DNA of 64,000 nucleotides from Oculina patagonica (Eukaryota): NCBI RefSeq assembly GCF_052425735.1, contig NC_135769.1, positions 8,494,001 to 8,558,000 of the forward strand, read 5' to 3'. Shown piece by piece: positions 63,101 to 64,000 of this stretch (position 1 is its first letter; each line of letters starts with the position of its first letter). The notes under the pieces were generated by a model. It saw only the letters and a program-made list of their open reading frames with translations, ran no database searches and was not told where the DNA came from. The position numbers and the translations under genes were made by a program.

Positions 63101-64000
63101 AGAACAAAAATTTTAAAAATATATCTTTCCGTCTTGTTTTTGACTAGAACCCCTCTTCGGATTGCTGTTTTGTCGTTGTAAATCGGCCAAAACCTCCTTA
63201 GTATAGTCACCAACGTTTCCGTTTGCAAGCTCCTTGTAGTTACATTGGGCCAGACATTGATATATTCCCAGTTGTTCCTGGTCTTTTGTCTGACGACTGC
63301 TTTATAAAACACTGACAAAATCGCAAAATTTAATGCACTTTTTCTGTAATTTTTCTTGCAATCGCGAAAATAAATACTCGCGAAATTCGGCTTTCGGACT
63401 TTCGCGAAAATAAGCACGCGCGAAAATTAGTAAGAATAAGGTATAACTCAACGTCAAGTTACAGGACTCAAAATGATATTCAGAGACTTTTTATATAACG
63501 ATTATAGTGAAAAAATGTATTTGAGGCTGTTAAGTGCCGTGTTAACAGAAATAAGGCATCAAACATACTCTATATAATAAAATTTTGTTCCAACCTTAAT
63601 ACGATGGTCGACTTCTCTGCTTATGTCTCCTGATTGGTGTTGTGTGCTGATATGAAAAATACCCTTTTGCTTTCACAGTATACAGCCTTAATTTGGAATT
63701 CTGATTTAATTCTGTGTGAGGAGTTGATAGGCTCTTTTGAACAATTCTCTTGAGATTAGACGGTTGAATGGAACAATACCCGAAAAGTCTATTAGTCTGA
63801 CAATTTCAGAGTTCATTACTGAGTTTTGCTGGTACCGTTAATGCGTTCACGATGAGCCACAAAAGACTCCAATGAACAAGTCTAATTTGGTAAAACGAGC
63901 AAAATATTTGCGATTTTATACAAACACGCTAACATATTTGCTGTTTAAACAAGTTTTTGATGACATTATCTTTCTTGTTAAAGAATAAGTATACGAGGTG
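57115..64000 (+). repeat. Segmental duplication copy 2, with a higher-order tandem repeat (~2.19-kb unit)
   Basis: Matches the window start. Marker near 57521, 59980, 61418, 62168 and 63605; 61418 versus 63605 gives a period of ~2187 bp. Confidence 0.9.
57707..58644. mobile_element. Kolobok-like non-autonomous transposon, recent insertion
   Basis: TTAA|GGTGGCTCCATAGGGTTT ... AAACCCTATGGAGCCACC|TTAA; empty site cagcttaatgg at ~568 in the duplicate. Confidence 0.92.

Overview
Eukaryotic, AT-rich, intron-containing DNA, most likely from a stony (scleractinian) coral. The window holds a tandem cluster of seven copies of SCRiP-type (small cysteine-rich protein) secreted peptide genes on the + strand, which the ORF track misses because they are split into short exons. 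Two copies are partial at the window edges and two carry frameshifts. One is a single-domain copy lacking Cys1, one encodes two SCRiP domains in tandem, and one fuses a SCRiP domain to a SUEL/Gal_Lectin (rhamnose-binding lectin) domain. Between them lie a TMEM121/CECR6-like membrane protein with a 47-aa repeat tail, two paralogous 345-aa coiled-coil proteins ending in a HEPN-like RNxxxH motif, and a secreted three-finger (Ly6/uPAR) gene lying antisense, apparently inside a SCRiP intron. Sequence from 57115 repeats the start of the window, suggesting a ~57-kb segmental duplication. There are many non-autonomous DNA transposons with readable TIRs and TSDs, a 1.4-kb foldback element, SINE fragments and a higher-order tandem repeat. 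All gene models were read by eye from GT/AG signals and paralogue comparison; no database searches were run.
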